A stretch of 64,000 bases of DNA from assembly GCA_043747615.1 (NCBI GenBank), contig JAYTOU010000023.1:96001-160000 (forward strand), given 5' to 3'. The notes beneath the pieces are model-generated. The model saw nothing but the letters and a program-made list of their open reading frames with translations, was not told the origin of the DNA and made no database searches. The stretch is from Myxococcales bacterium (GTDB taxonomy: Bacteria; Myxococcota_A; Polyangia; Polyangiales; Polyangiaceae). The translations under genes and the position numbers were made by a program. Positions 35,373 to 45,019 of this stretch are shown here, piece by piece; position 1 is the stretch's first letter, and the number at the start of each line of letters is the position of its first letter.

Positions 35373-37930
35373 GTCCCAACCCGTCTCAGCTGCAGAAGGG
35401 GCCGCCCCGCCTCACGTGCCCGTGCAAGATCGATGGTGCACGACAGGAGCCAGTCATTGGCCTCGTCGGGGTCGAGAAGAATCTGCTCGACCTCCCAGCT
35501 CGCGTCGCCCTTTTCGATCTTCGTGAGCGCGGGGCTGCGAGCCGGAGGGTCGACCCGCAGCGACGCATGCTCGTCGAAGTACGGACGAAACGCATCTTCC
35601 AGTCGTTTGGCGGTCCAGCGTTCGTCGCCCGTTGCGTCGCTCGGTTCCACCACCTCCGCCGCGGTCGCGTAGTCCCGCCGGGCAAGAGCGCGCATGAGGC
35701 GGAACATCTCGTTTCGCACGAGGACGGTGAACGCTCCTTCGTCGCGCGTGATGTCCTGGGAGCCTGACGGCTCGGCGATCGCCTCTGCCCCCCCCGCTCC
35801 GACGCGTGGCATGGCTTCGTTCGCTCGCGACGGATCGCGCATCCGCTCCCACTCGTCGAGCAAGCTCGAATCGACCTGGCGAACGACGGCCCCGAAGTAG
35901 GTAATGATGGCGTCGATCTCTTCGGTCTTCGCGCGCTCCGGCACCGTTTGCACGAGGACTTTGTAGACGTCCGAAAGGAAGCGCAAAAGAAGCCCTTCGG
36001 CGCGTTGTAGATCGTATTCGCGGACGTACTCGGCGAAGGACTGGAAGGTCTCGTACATCTCACGCGCTACCGATTTGGGCCGGATGTTCGCGGCTCCGAC
36101 CCAGGGGTGCTTCGCTGCGAATGCATTGAACGACAGGTAGATGAACTCCTTGTTCGGCTTCGGGTACTCCATCTTGTCGAGCTCGGCGATGCGCTCGTCG
36201 TACTCCACGCCGGCGGCCTTCATCTCAGCCATCTTCAGGGTCTTCAGCCGATCGAGCTGCTTCATGAGCACGAGCTCCGGATTTTCGAGAATGGACTCCA
36301 CGAGCGTCAATAAGTCGAGCGCGTGCGTGGGACTCTCGGGATCGAGAAGCGGTATCGTCTCGTGCAAATAAAGAGACAAAGTCTGATTGAGCGAAAAGTC
36401 GACCTGGAGGTCCTGGTTAACGGTGAGACGCTTGCCTTCGCCGAGCTCGATGATCCCCGCGTCGATGAGCGAACGGAGCATCATCATGGCCATTTTGCCG
36501 TGGATTCGCTTCTCGGCGCGCCGCTCGTGCGAATCGCGAATGAGATGCGCGATGGCCTTGCATCCTCCCCCCGGGCGCTCGAGGACGTTGAGGAGCATTC
36601 CGTGCGTCACCTGGAATCGTGACTGCAATGGCTCGGGAGGCGAAGTGGTCAATCGCACGAACGTCGCTCTATCCCAATGAACGTATCCCTTGTCCGGCGG
36701 TTTCTTCTTTACGAGACGGCGCTTCTTTCCCGGATCGTTCCCTGCTTTGGCGTCGAGACGCAGGTTCTCGATCACGTGCTCCGGGGCCTGGGCCACCACG
36801 CTTCCTTGGTTGTCGAAGCCCTTGCGCCCTGCCCGCCCGCTGATCTGATGAAAATCACGGACGCTGAGGATCCCCGTCTTTTCGCCGTCGAACTTGCAGA
36901 GCTTCGTAAAGAGGACGGTGCGAATCGGGATGTTCACGCCGACGCCGAGCGTATCCGTCCCGCAGATGATCTTGAGATGCCCGCGTTGCGCGAGCTTCTC
37001 GATGACCAAGCGGTATTTTGGAAGGAGTCCCGCGTGATGGATTCCAATGCCGTGCTTGATGAATTTTTGGACCTCTTTGCCGTAGGGGCTGTCGAAGCGA
37101 ATCCCCGAAATTGCCGCCAAGATCGCCTTTTTTTCGTCCTTCGTGCAGAAGTCGGTGCTCATCAAGTTCTGCGCTTCTTCGGCGCACGCCCGCTGCGTGA
37201 AGTTGACGACGTAGATCGGCGACTTTCCTTTTTCGATGAGGTCGGCCACCGTCTCGTGGAGCGGCGTCTCGCGGTACTCGAAGTCGAGGGGCACCGGACG
37301 GTCGGTCGAGCGGATCACCGCGGTCGGTCTTCCGGTGAGGTCGTTCAAATACTTCTCGAACGGCTCCGTATTTCCGAGCGTCGCCGACATGAGGAGAAAG
37401 GTCGCGTTCGGCAACGTGAGGAGCGGTATCTGCCAGGCCACTCCGCGATCGCGATCGGCATAATAGTGGAACTCGTCCATCACCACGAAGTCGACGTCGG
37501 CATCCGCGCCCTCGCGAAGGGCCATGTTGGCGAGGATCTCGGCCGTGCAGCAGATGATCGGCGCATCGCGATTCACGCTCGCGTCTCCGGTCATCATCCC
37601 GACGTTGTCGGGACCGAAATCCTCGCAAAGCGCGAAGAACTTTTCGCTGACCAGGGCCTTGATGGGACAGGTGTAAAACGAGCGTTTTCCTCGGGCCATC
37701 GAGGCGAAATGCATGGCCGTAGCCACCAACGATTTTCCCGAGCCGGTGGGCGTATTGAGGATGACGTTCTTCCCCGAGACCACTTCGAGGAGCGCCTCCT
37801 CTTGCGCGGGATAGAGCTCGAGCTTCTGCTCCGCGACGTAGGCGAGAAAGCCATTGAGAATGGCGTCGTCGTCCGCGCTCCCTACCGGAGGCAGTCTGCG
37901 CGCGAGGGGCGCGCCTTCGAGCGCACTCAC
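35369..37930 (-). CDS. Ski2/HelY-like DExH helicase (DUF3516 type)
   Basis: [31 protein letters not shown]. Confidence 0.92.
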   Translation of the reverse strand: MSALEGAPLARRLPPVGSADDDAILNGFLAYVAEQKLELYPAQEEALLEVVSGKNVILNTPTGSGKSLVATAMHFASMARGKRSFYTCPIKALVSEKFFALCEDFGPDNVGMMTGDASVNRDAPIICCTAEILANMALREGADADVDFVVMDEFHYYADRDRGVAWQIPLLTLPNATFLLMSATLGNTEPFEKYLNDLTGRPTAVIRSTDRPVPLDFEYRETPLHETVADLIEKGKSPIYVVNFTQRACAEEAQNLMSTDFCTKDEKKAILAAISGIRFDSPYGKEVQKFIKHGIGIHHAGLLPKYRLVIEKLAQRGHLKIICGTDTLGVGVNIPIRTVLFTKLCKFDGEKTGILSVRDFHQISGRAGRKGFDNQGSVVAQAPEHVIENLRLDAKAGNDPGKKRRLVKKKPPDKGYVHWDRATFVRLTTSPPEPLQSRFQVTHGMLLNVLERPGGGCKAIAHLIRDSHERRAEKRIHGKMAMMMLRSLIDAGIIELGEGKRLTVNQDLQVDFSLNQTLSLYLHETIPLLDPESPTHALDLLTLVESILENPELVLMKQLDRLKTLKMAEMKAAGVEYDERIAELDKMEYPKPNKEFIYLSFNAFAAKHPWVGAANIRPKSVAREMYETFQSFAEYVREYDLQRAEGLLLRFLSDVYKVLVQTVPERAKTEEIDAIITYFGAVVRQVDSSLLDEWERMRDPSRANEAMPRVGAGGAEAIAEPSGSQDITRDEGAFTVLVRNEMFRLMRALARRDYATAAEVVEPSDATGDERWTAKRLEDAFRPYFDEHASLRVDPPARSPALTKIEKGDASWEVEQILLDPDEANDWLLSCTIDLARAREAGRPLLQLRRVGT

Positions 37931-37936
37931 TTCAGC

Positions 37937-38353
37937 TCAAACGGACGCGACGAGCTTCATCAGTGTTCCGCATAGCTTCGACTGCGGATCGCGCTCTCGT
38001 TCGATGTCGAGCCCCGCTTTGAACGTGATCGCCGCAGCAGCTTCATCCCCGGTCTTGACCTGACACATCCCGAGCATCTCGTAGTCGGCGGGCTCTTTGT
38101 GCGCGTCGACGAGGGCTTGCAGCCGCGCCTTCGCTACCTCGTGCGCTGCTTGGATCGGAGGCGGGGTCGGGAACGGAATTCCCTTGGCGAGCACCATGAG
38201 CTTCAGGGCTTGGCGCTGGTCCTCGGGGCGGTACTCGGCGAACGCTGGGCTCGCATAGAGCTGCGCGTACGCCGCGTACGCCTCGTCGGTCTTTCCCGCT
38301 TTGGCGAGACCCATGATGTCTTTGATCGCCGCCACCAATGCTTCGTTGGCCAT
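37937..38353 (-). CDS. Helical (TPR-like) hypothetical protein
   Basis: MANEAL start with GAAGG upstream; YEMLGMC...A...FKAGL TPR-like pattern. Confidence 0.7.
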   Translation of the reverse strand: MANEALVAAIKDIMGLAKAGKTDEAYAAYAQLYASPAFAEYRPEDQRQALKLMVLAKGIPFPTPPPIQAAHEVAKARLQALVDAHKEPADYEMLGMCQVKTGDEAAAAITFKAGLDIERERDPQSKLCGTLMKLVASV

Positions 38354-38440
38354 GCCTTCACCATACACGCAGCGGAGGGCGATGCAGAGACCTCATCGCG
38401 CTCAGCCTTACCGCTCTCATCGCCGCGCGGCTTTCACTTG

Positions 38441-38539
38441 CTACTTGCTGGCGGTCTTCTCCTTCTTCTTCTTTTGCTTCTCTTTGGTGGTCATCTTGGG
38501 CTTGTTGTTCTTCTTGGGTTTCTCTTGACCTTTGGCCAT
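38441..38539 (-). CDS. 32-aa Lys-rich small protein MAKGQEKPKKNNKPKMTTKEKQKKKKEKTASK
   Basis: Manual translation; GGAGGAAG RBS just upstream; TAG stop; below the ORF-track length cutoff. Confidence 0.75.
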   Translation of the reverse strand: MAKGQEKPKKNNKPKMTTKEKQKKKKEKTASK

Positions 38540-38611
38540 GGCTTCCTCCGTCGGTGTGGGGACTGCAAACGGAGAATAAGCGAGCCTCCCAGTTGGATCC
38601 AACTGAGATCG

Positions 38612-38932
38612 TCACGCAGCGCGGGCGGCGCCCACGTTCGAGGCCCGGGATACGCGGAGGGCCTTGAGCTGCCGGCCCTCCAGGGCCTTCCCGAGCGCGA
38701 ACCCGGCAAGCGTGAGGCGCATTTGCGCCACGTCCATGAGGCCTTGCTTGTGGAGGGCGGAGAGGGCGCGGCGGACATCTACCCGGCGAACACCGAGGTC
38801 GATCGCGAGGCGCTCGGCCGTCAACGCGCTCGAACGCTGCGCAGGTTTCAGCGTTGCGCCCGCCACGTGATCCGCAGCGGCATGACGAAGGATGTGAGCC
38901 GAGAGTGCTTGATAAGATATCGAGTTGGTCAT
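38612..38932 (-). CDS. Small winged-helix-like protein
   Basis: GGAGG RBS; LTAERLAIDLGVRRVDVRRALSALHKQGLM..MRLT HTH/wing pattern. Confidence 0.7.
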   Translation of the reverse strand: MTNSISYQALSAHILRHAAADHVAGATLKPAQRSSALTAERLAIDLGVRRVDVRRALSALHKQGLMDVAQMRLTLAGFALGKALEGRQLKALRVSRASNVGAARAA

Positions 38933-39217
38933 GATTTGCCTCCGGTTCGAGTCCTTGCAAACATGGATCCGTTCGGAAAACGGTTTGAATGGATTGGCAA
39001 GTTCGGTGCTGTGACTTCGGCCTCCTTGGCCCACGAAGGTTCACAGATCAAGCAATTTTGCCTACATCGACCGCAAATTCGATCGATGCAGTCTCCAATC
39101 ACTTTTCGAACGCGTGATTTATTTGTCGAAAACTTGACACGCTATTTGGATAAGCGCGTTGCTTCGTTGGCTATTCGTTCATCCAGTCACTAGAGCGCCG
39201 AGGATCCAGTCCGAGCC

Positions 39218-40312
39218 TTACGACCAGACCACGTCGCGCATGGCGGCGAGGAGCTTTTGAGCTTCGACGGCCGTGGGTAAGCCTGCCGACCGCGTCAGCT
39301 CGGGCCCGCCCCACGCGACCTCCTTCGACAGCGCGTGCACGGCCGAGCGCATGGCTTGGTCGACCCTCGCGCAGGCGTCTCCGCTCAATTGACCCTTCAT
39401 CCACTGGGTGACCGACCACGCGAGCGCAGCGTGCCGGGTCTCGTCTACGGCGATGCGCTTCATCAGCGCTCGGACGCTCGGATCCTCGGCGCGCTCCGCT
39501 TGCCACATCGCAGTGACGGCGCCGTACGTCTCGCGCACGCAACCTTCGATCGCATTTTCGATGGCGATTTCTTCGAGCGAGCGCTCCGATCGGCGCGGGG
39601 TTGCTGACGGGGCCTTCGGCGTCGCTCCGTTTCGCTTGGCGACCCTCGCCGTCATTCGGGCGTGGCGAACTTCGTCGCGCGCCGCGCGCTCTGCGCCCGC
39701 AACCAAGTTTTTCGGTGCGCCATGTTGGATGAGATCATCGCGGAGGATGAGGAACGCATCGATCGACGCCGCCTCGAGCTCCGCGACAACGGCGAAATAG
39801 TCTCCGAGCGAAGAGGTCGTTGCGCCGGACGCGAGCACGTAGCCTTCCGGCCTCCGCCCGACCGCGCAGCTCGTGCACTCGATCGTGGAGTGGCCTTCTA
39901 TGTTCCGAAAGGAGCAGAACGCGGTGCCCGAGTCGGCGCCGCAATACATCTTGCACTGCTCGTAAGACAGAGGAGCGGCAGCGTCGACGTCGCATGGCGT
40001 GGGGACGTACTTCCAGCAGAATCCACCGCTATCGGGGAGTACCGCCGCATCGTCGCCGCACGTGCCGGGGCCCGCGTCTCCCACGAACTGATCGCGACCT
40101 GGGCTATCGAACGAGAACATTGCGTCCGTGTACGTGCCGCCGTCGCCCTTTGCCCGCGCGTCGGGGCGCTCGTGGCCGGCCGAACCCGAATCCTCGTCGG
40201 CGGCTATCGATTCGATCGCTCCGCCACACGACGCCGCGCCGACCGCGATCGGTGCGCCCATGGACATCATCAACACCCGCCTCAACATGGTCCCCAGTCG
40301 TGCATCCTTCAT
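39218..40312 (-). CDS. Lipoprotein with C-terminal ferritin-like domain
   Basis: AASC lipobox; CAVGRRPEG; LEAAS, DEVRH, ENAIEGCVRET, DETRH. Confidence 0.82.
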   Translation of the reverse strand: MKDARLGTMLRRVLMMSMGAPIAVGAASCGGAIESIAADEDSGSAGHERPDARAKGDGGTYTDAMFSFDSPGRDQFVGDAGPGTCGDDAAVLPDSGGFCWKYVPTPCDVDAAAPLSYEQCKMYCGADSGTAFCSFRNIEGHSTIECTSCAVGRRPEGYVLASGATTSSLGDYFAVVAELEAASIDAFLILRDDLIQHGAPKNLVAGAERAARDEVRHARMTARVAKRNGATPKAPSATPRRSERSLEEIAIENAIEGCVRETYGAVTAMWQAERAEDPSVRALMKRIAVDETRHAALAWSVTQWMKGQLSGDACARVDQAMRSAVHALSKEVAWGGPELTRSAGLPTAVEAQKLLAAMRDVVWS

Positions 40313-40411
40313 GGGCCGTGCGTCTCCAAGATCTACGCCAACGCAGAGCGCACGATTTACAGGGCAAATACAGGTGACTTCGTGTGCCACCGTGCGCCGG
40401 CCACGACTCGT

Positions 40412-42232
40412 CTACTGGCCGAGGGCGCCCACTCCGCCGACCGTCGGGACACCGTAAGGTGCGGTCGAGCCGACTCCGGGCACCGGGAACGCCTGCTCGA
40501 ACGCGAAAAAGAAGGAGGTCGCAAACACGCCGGAGGGGAGCGGACGCCCCACAGGAAAGCCGAGGTCGCCGCGAAACACGAAGCGATCAAGCTGTGGAAA
40601 CAGAGCGCGAAAACCGACGCCTACCGAGTGCCTCGGGCGGAGGTGATCGAAGCCGCTGAACGCGTCGCCTACGTCGTAGAATACCGCGCCGCCGAGCTGG
40701 AGAGAAAGAATCTCGACCGGACGTGATCGGTATTCGAGATTCGAAGCGACGACGTCTTTGCCTACGAAGAAGTTACTTGGATATCCCCGAAGGCGGCCAT
40801 TGCCACCTAGAAAATCGGTGTGGTTGAGAAAGTTGCGATACCGGTTTCCGACGTAGGCGTCGTAGACAAAACGCCCGAAGCCGAGACGCGGGGTCACGAT
40901 GCGCACGCTCCCCACCACGCTGGCATCGGACAGGCGATCGACCTCCGCCTCGGTGTCCGACTCGATCGCCCCGCGTACGAGGCCATCACCAAGAGCCACG
41001 GTGTATTGGGCGGCAGCGTACGTCCCGAAGAAATTGCGCGAAGATCCAAGAGCGCGGGTCACCGGATAGACCTTTAGCCAAACATCGTGTCCCAACCTGA
41101 AATCTTCTTGAAGACCGAGGGTCTCGAAATCGAGGACGCGGATGAAGTTCGTGGTGTACCCGCGGTATTGAAGGAATGGGCCTACCCGCGTGTCGCTCAC
41201 CGGTACGGCGGTATTGATGAACTCGGTCACCGCTACGGGATCGAACCTGGATAAGTCACCGGTGCGGTAGGCCCGGCGATTGAGCTCTCCCCCGAACGTG
41301 ATGTCGCTCTTGGTCGCCCAGCCGAACGAGCGGGTCACGCCGTACGTATTGGTGTAGCGCTGGGCTCGGTATTCCCAGGGGATCTTGTACACCTGCGGTG
41401 TGCCGACGGCGTCGAATCCGGCAAGCTTCGCGTTCACGTAATGGCGCACGATCTCCTCGCGCCAAGCGACGTTGATCCCCCAGCCCCATTCGGTACGCGT
41501 GGAGTAGAGAGGCCTCGAGATCGAGACCGTGCCGTACGAGCCCTCCGGCCTGCCGCTCGCGCGATTCATGATGATGTTTGCGTCGCTGACGAACGTCAGC
41601 CACCGCCCACTCAGACGCGGGATCCGGTAGCCGGCACCGAGCGTGTAGGAGAGCGGGAAAAGAATGAACCGAGTGGCGAGCGACTGCTGCTCACCCGCGA
41701 GATTCGATTCGGTGGGCTCGATGAGGAGCGACTCGAGTCCGCCCGGACCAACGGTGAAATTCGAATTCAGCCGAAGGCTCCACACGTCTTTGGCGATCAC
41801 GAGCAGGCGCACGCGGTCAGGGCGACTCCCCTCGAGGGCCGTCACCACCACCAGCGAGACCTGGCTCAATCGACGGAGATTTCGAGACGTTTCGTCGGCG
41901 ACGACGCCCACGTAACGGTCACCTTCGTGAAGGAGAAGCTCTTGCCGAAGGATGCGCTCGCGCGACGTGGTGTGAAGACGATTGAGAAACTCGGGGGCAG
42001 GATCGCGGTTCTCGATCACCTCCAGGCGAAGGATGTCTATGCGCTCGATGACCTTTCCTTCAGGCGCCGAGTCGAGCCGCACACCGAGCGCTTTCTGGGC
42101 CGCGACGATCGACTCTTTTTCGTAAGCCGAGTAGCCGCCGACGGTGGAGTGCGGCGCCGTTTGCGCTCGTGCGGGAGCTGCCCGGACGAGGAGGAGGCAA
42201 ACGAGCGCGGCTGCAAAGTTCCTTCTACCCAA
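40412..42232 (-). CDS. Omp85 (BamA/TamA family) outer-membrane protein
   Basis: Signal ARA-Q; POTRA-like ELL..EGD...ETSRNLR, DVWSL, ESNLAG; LGG.GRLRGYP, EYR, FYDVG, GVGFR, EQAF. Confidence 0.85.
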   Translation of the reverse strand: MGRRNFAAALVCLLLVRAAPARAQTAPHSTVGGYSAYEKESIVAAQKALGVRLDSAPEGKVIERIDILRLEVIENRDPAPEFLNRLHTTSRERILRQELLLHEGDRYVGVVADETSRNLRRLSQVSLVVVTALEGSRPDRVRLLVIAKDVWSLRLNSNFTVGPGGLESLLIEPTESNLAGEQQSLATRFILFPLSYTLGAGYRIPRLSGRWLTFVSDANIIMNRASGRPEGSYGTVSISRPLYSTRTEWGWGINVAWREEIVRHYVNAKLAGFDAVGTPQVYKIPWEYRAQRYTNTYGVTRSFGWATKSDITFGGELNRRAYRTGDLSRFDPVAVTEFINTAVPVSDTRVGPFLQYRGYTTNFIRVLDFETLGLQEDFRLGHDVWLKVYPVTRALGSSRNFFGTYAAAQYTVALGDGLVRGAIESDTEAEVDRLSDASVVGSVRIVTPRLGFGRFVYDAYVGNRYRNFLNHTDFLGGNGRLRGYPSNFFVGKDVVASNLEYRSRPVEILSLQLGGAVFYDVGDAFSGFDHLRPRHSVGVGFRALFPQLDRFVFRGDLGFPVGRPLPSGVFATSFFFAFEQAFPVPGVGSTAPYGVPTVGGVGALGQ

Positions 42233-42260
42233 GAGAGCACCAGGCTACGGTGGATATGAC

Positions 42261-43100
42261 GTGGCGATCAACGAATCGATAAGAGACCGCGTGGATCGCC
42301 TCGAGCTCCCCTTCAATGCGCTGGGCGTCGATCCTTACGGGATCTCGAAGAAGCATCTGACGCTCGCCATGAGCGCGCTCGCGGTTTTCTACCGCCACTA
42401 TTTCTCCGTGGTGTCGCACGGCGTGAATCACGTTCCCGCACGCGGTCGGGCGATGCTCGTCGGCAACCACTCGGGGGGCGTAGCTATCGACGGAGCGATG
42501 GTGATCGGTTCCATGTTCCTCGACAAGCAACCGCCGCGTCTCGCGCAGGGGATGGTCGAAAAGTTCATCAACCGACTCCCCTTCGCGTCGGTGTGGGCCA
42601 ATCGAACTGGCCAGTTTACAGGGCTTCCCGAGCACGCCATCCGTTTGCTCGAGGACGAGCGCTTACTCATGGTGTTCCCCGAAGGAGCGCGCGGAACGGC
42701 CAAGCTCTACAAGGAGCGGCACACGCTCGTCGATTTCGGACAAGGCTTCATGCGCATCGCTCTGAAGGCAAAAGCCCCGATCATCCCCTTTGCCTTTCTC
42801 GGCGGCGGCGAGGCGGTTCCCACCATCTCTAACGCGTACGCGCTCGGAAAGCTCCTCGGCGTTCCGTACATTCCGGTGACGCCTTACCTGGTGGCGTTGC
42901 CGCTGCCGGTGAAACTCGAAGTCTACTACGGTGAGCCGATCCTCTTCGAGGGCACCGGCTCGGAAGACGACGAAGTGATCGAAGGCTACGTCGACGAAGT
43001 GAAGGCCCGCATCCTCAAGATGATCGACGCTGGAAGGCGCGATCGGCGAGGCGAGCCTCCGCGCTTGTCCGATGGCTCGACCAAGGCGGCCCTCACATGA
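42261..43100 (+). CDS. Lysophospholipid/glycerol acyltransferase (PlsC-like)
   Basis: [16 protein letters not shown]...A...IIP. Confidence 0.88.
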   Translation: MAINESIRDRVDRLELPFNALGVDPYGISKKHLTLAMSALAVFYRHYFSVVSHGVNHVPARGRAMLVGNHSGGVAIDGAMVIGSMFLDKQPPRLAQGMVEKFINRLPFASVWANRTGQFTGLPEHAIRLLEDERLLMVFPEGARGTAKLYKERHTLVDFGQGFMRIALKAKAPIIPFAFLGGGEAVPTISNAYALGKLLGVPYIPVTPYLVALPLPVKLEVYYGEPILFEGTGSEDDEVIEGYVDEVKARILKMIDAGRRDRRGEPPRLSDGSTKAALT

Positions 43101-44017
43101 AGATTCTCATTCCCGGGATCTCGGGCGCCATCGGACGAAAAGTCGGCGCGCGCCTGCTCGCGGAAGGACACGAGATCATCGGCATCGACGCTCGTCCATG
43201 GAACGATCCTCCGCCGGGCATCGAGGTACACCACGTGGACATCCGCAAGCGCGCGGCGGAAGACGTCTTCCGAAAGCGCCGGCCGGAAGCGGTGGTGCAC
43301 ATGGCAACGGTCACCTCACTCGCCGTGCAAGGCGAAGAGCGTTACCGCATCAACCTCGGCGGGACGCGCGCCGTCTTCGACCACTGCCGTGCGTACGGCG
43401 TCAAGCACACGATTTTCGTCGGTCGGCATACGTTCTATGGCGCCGGCCCCGACTCGCCGCTCTTTCACACCGAAGATGAGCCTCCGATGGCGCTGGCGTC
43501 GTTTCCGGATCTCACCGATCTCGTGGCCGCTGATCTTTACGCGGGCTCTGCGCTTTGGCGCTATCCCGAGCTCGCCACGACCGTCATGCGCATCTGTTAC
43601 ACGCTCGGGCCTTCGGGGCACGGCACGCTCGCCACCTTCCTTCGCGGTTCACGGGTGCCGACGCTCCTCGGCTACGACCCGTTATTTCAGTTCATGCACG
43701 AGGACGACGTGGTGAGCGCGATCTCGCTTGCCCTGAAAAAGCGGCTCCGCGGCGTCTACAACGTCACCGGTCCGCAGCCGATGCCGCTCTCACTCATTGC
43801 CAAGACGGCGGGGCGCAAGGTCATCCCGATCCCGGAAGTCGTTTACTCGTTCGTCCTCGGCCGCTTTGGCCTGCCGAAGATTCCCCCGGGCGCGCTCAGC
43901 CACATCAAGTATCCCGTGGTGGTCGACGCTTCGCTATTCAATCAGGCAACGGGCTTCAAGCACGCCTTCGACGAAACCCAGACCGTGCGATCATTTCGAG
44001 AGGCGTTCCCGGTCTAG
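43097..44017 (+). CDS. NAD-dependent epimerase/dehydratase (extended SDR)
   Basis: GISGAIG Rossmann motif, INLGGT, QFMHEDD, YNV; ATGA overlap. Confidence 0.88.
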   Translation: MKILIPGISGAIGRKVGARLLAEGHEIIGIDARPWNDPPPGIEVHHVDIRKRAAEDVFRKRRPEAVVHMATVTSLAVQGEERYRINLGGTRAVFDHCRAYGVKHTIFVGRHTFYGAGPDSPLFHTEDEPPMALASFPDLTDLVAADLYAGSALWRYPELATTVMRICYTLGPSGHGTLATFLRGSRVPTLLGYDPLFQFMHEDDVVSAISLALKKRLRGVYNVTGPQPMPLSLIAKTAGRKVIPIPEVVYSFVLGRFGLPKIPPGALSHIKYPVVVDASLFNQATGFKHAFDETQTVRSFREAFPV

Positions 44018-44383
44018 CTATTTTCTGAAGAGCTTGTTCCACCAGCGTTGCTTTGCGGCGTGCTTGATCGCGTCGGAGCTGAGTCCCGTCCACACGGCCA
44101 TCGAGGTATCGGGCGAGCCATAGGTGCGCGAGAGCTGCGCGACCACGTCCCGCTTCGACTCGGCGGCGGAGCTACCGAAGCCGGTTCGAATGAGCGCTGT
44201 CTCGGAGGGATCGGGCTCTCCAGTTGCGAGATCCTCGGTGGGCGCCCGTACGGGCATCCTCACCTTCCCGATGCACACCCAGGGGCGCGCGCCGCCGACA
44301 CGGATCGGGTCCCCGATGATGATGCTCGCTCTCTGGGGCTGCGGAGGCGGGGGGGCCTCAGGTTCTTTCTCGCCGACGCCCAT
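44018..44383 (-). CDS. Hypothetical protein
   Basis: Fills the gap; plausible composition; no motif recognised. Confidence 0.5.
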   Translation of the reverse strand: MGVGEKEPEAPPPPQPQRASIIIGDPIRVGGARPWVCIGKVRMPVRAPTEDLATGEPDPSETALIRTGFGSSAAESKRDVVAQLSRTYGSPDTSMAVWTGLSSDAIKHAAKQRWWNKLFRK

Positions 44384-44465
44384 GGATCGTCAAGTTACCA
44401 CTTTCGCGGCCCGACCGGCTCGTCGGCGCGCGACGCGGGGAAAACAAAGGCGCTACGCTTAGTTT

Positions 44466-45014
44466 GTGGGCCCCGACGAACGCGCCATCGTCACTGATCG
44501 ACTCGAGCTTCGAGCCATCACCCTGCCACTCTTCGAAGCGGTATGGTCAGGCGATCGCGTGGAGTTCGAGCGACTGATGCAAGCGTCGCTTCCGAAGGCG
44601 TGGCCCAATCGCGCGCTCATCGAGCGGGCATTCACCGCGTCGCCGGAGCGCATTCGCGCCGACCCCGAGGGGCGACTGTGGGGCGACCGCTTGATGATCA
44701 CCCGCTCCGATCCTCCACGATGCATCGGCAGCGTCGTCTTCCACGGAAAGCCTGACGAGAGCGGGCTCGTCGAGGTCGGGTACGGTGTCGACGACGGCTC
44801 GCAAGGGCAAGGCCTCGCGACCGAAGCGGTGCGCGCAGCGATCGAGTGGGCCGTCGCGCAACCCGGTGTCCGCGTCGTCAGCGCGACGACGTTCCCGCTC
44901 CACATTCCATCGATTCGCGTGCTCGAAAAGTGCGGAATGCACCGCGCCGGATTTCGCGACCACGAGCTACTTGGCGACCTTCTCGTCTTCGAATTGCACT
45001 GCCGCAAGGGCTAA
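44466..45014 (+). CDS. GNAT acetyltransferase (RimJ/RimL type)
   Basis: TDRLELR, EVGY, QGQGLATEA, SIRVLEKCG. Confidence 0.9.
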   Translation: MGPDERAIVTDRLELRAITLPLFEAVWSGDRVEFERLMQASLPKAWPNRALIERAFTASPERIRADPEGRLWGDRLMITRSDPPRCIGSVVFHGKPDESGLVEVGYGVDDGSQGQGLATEAVRAAIEWAVAQPGVRVVSATTFPLHIPSIRVLEKCGMHRAGFRDHELLGDLLVFELHCRKG

Positions 45015-45019
45015 GGTCA

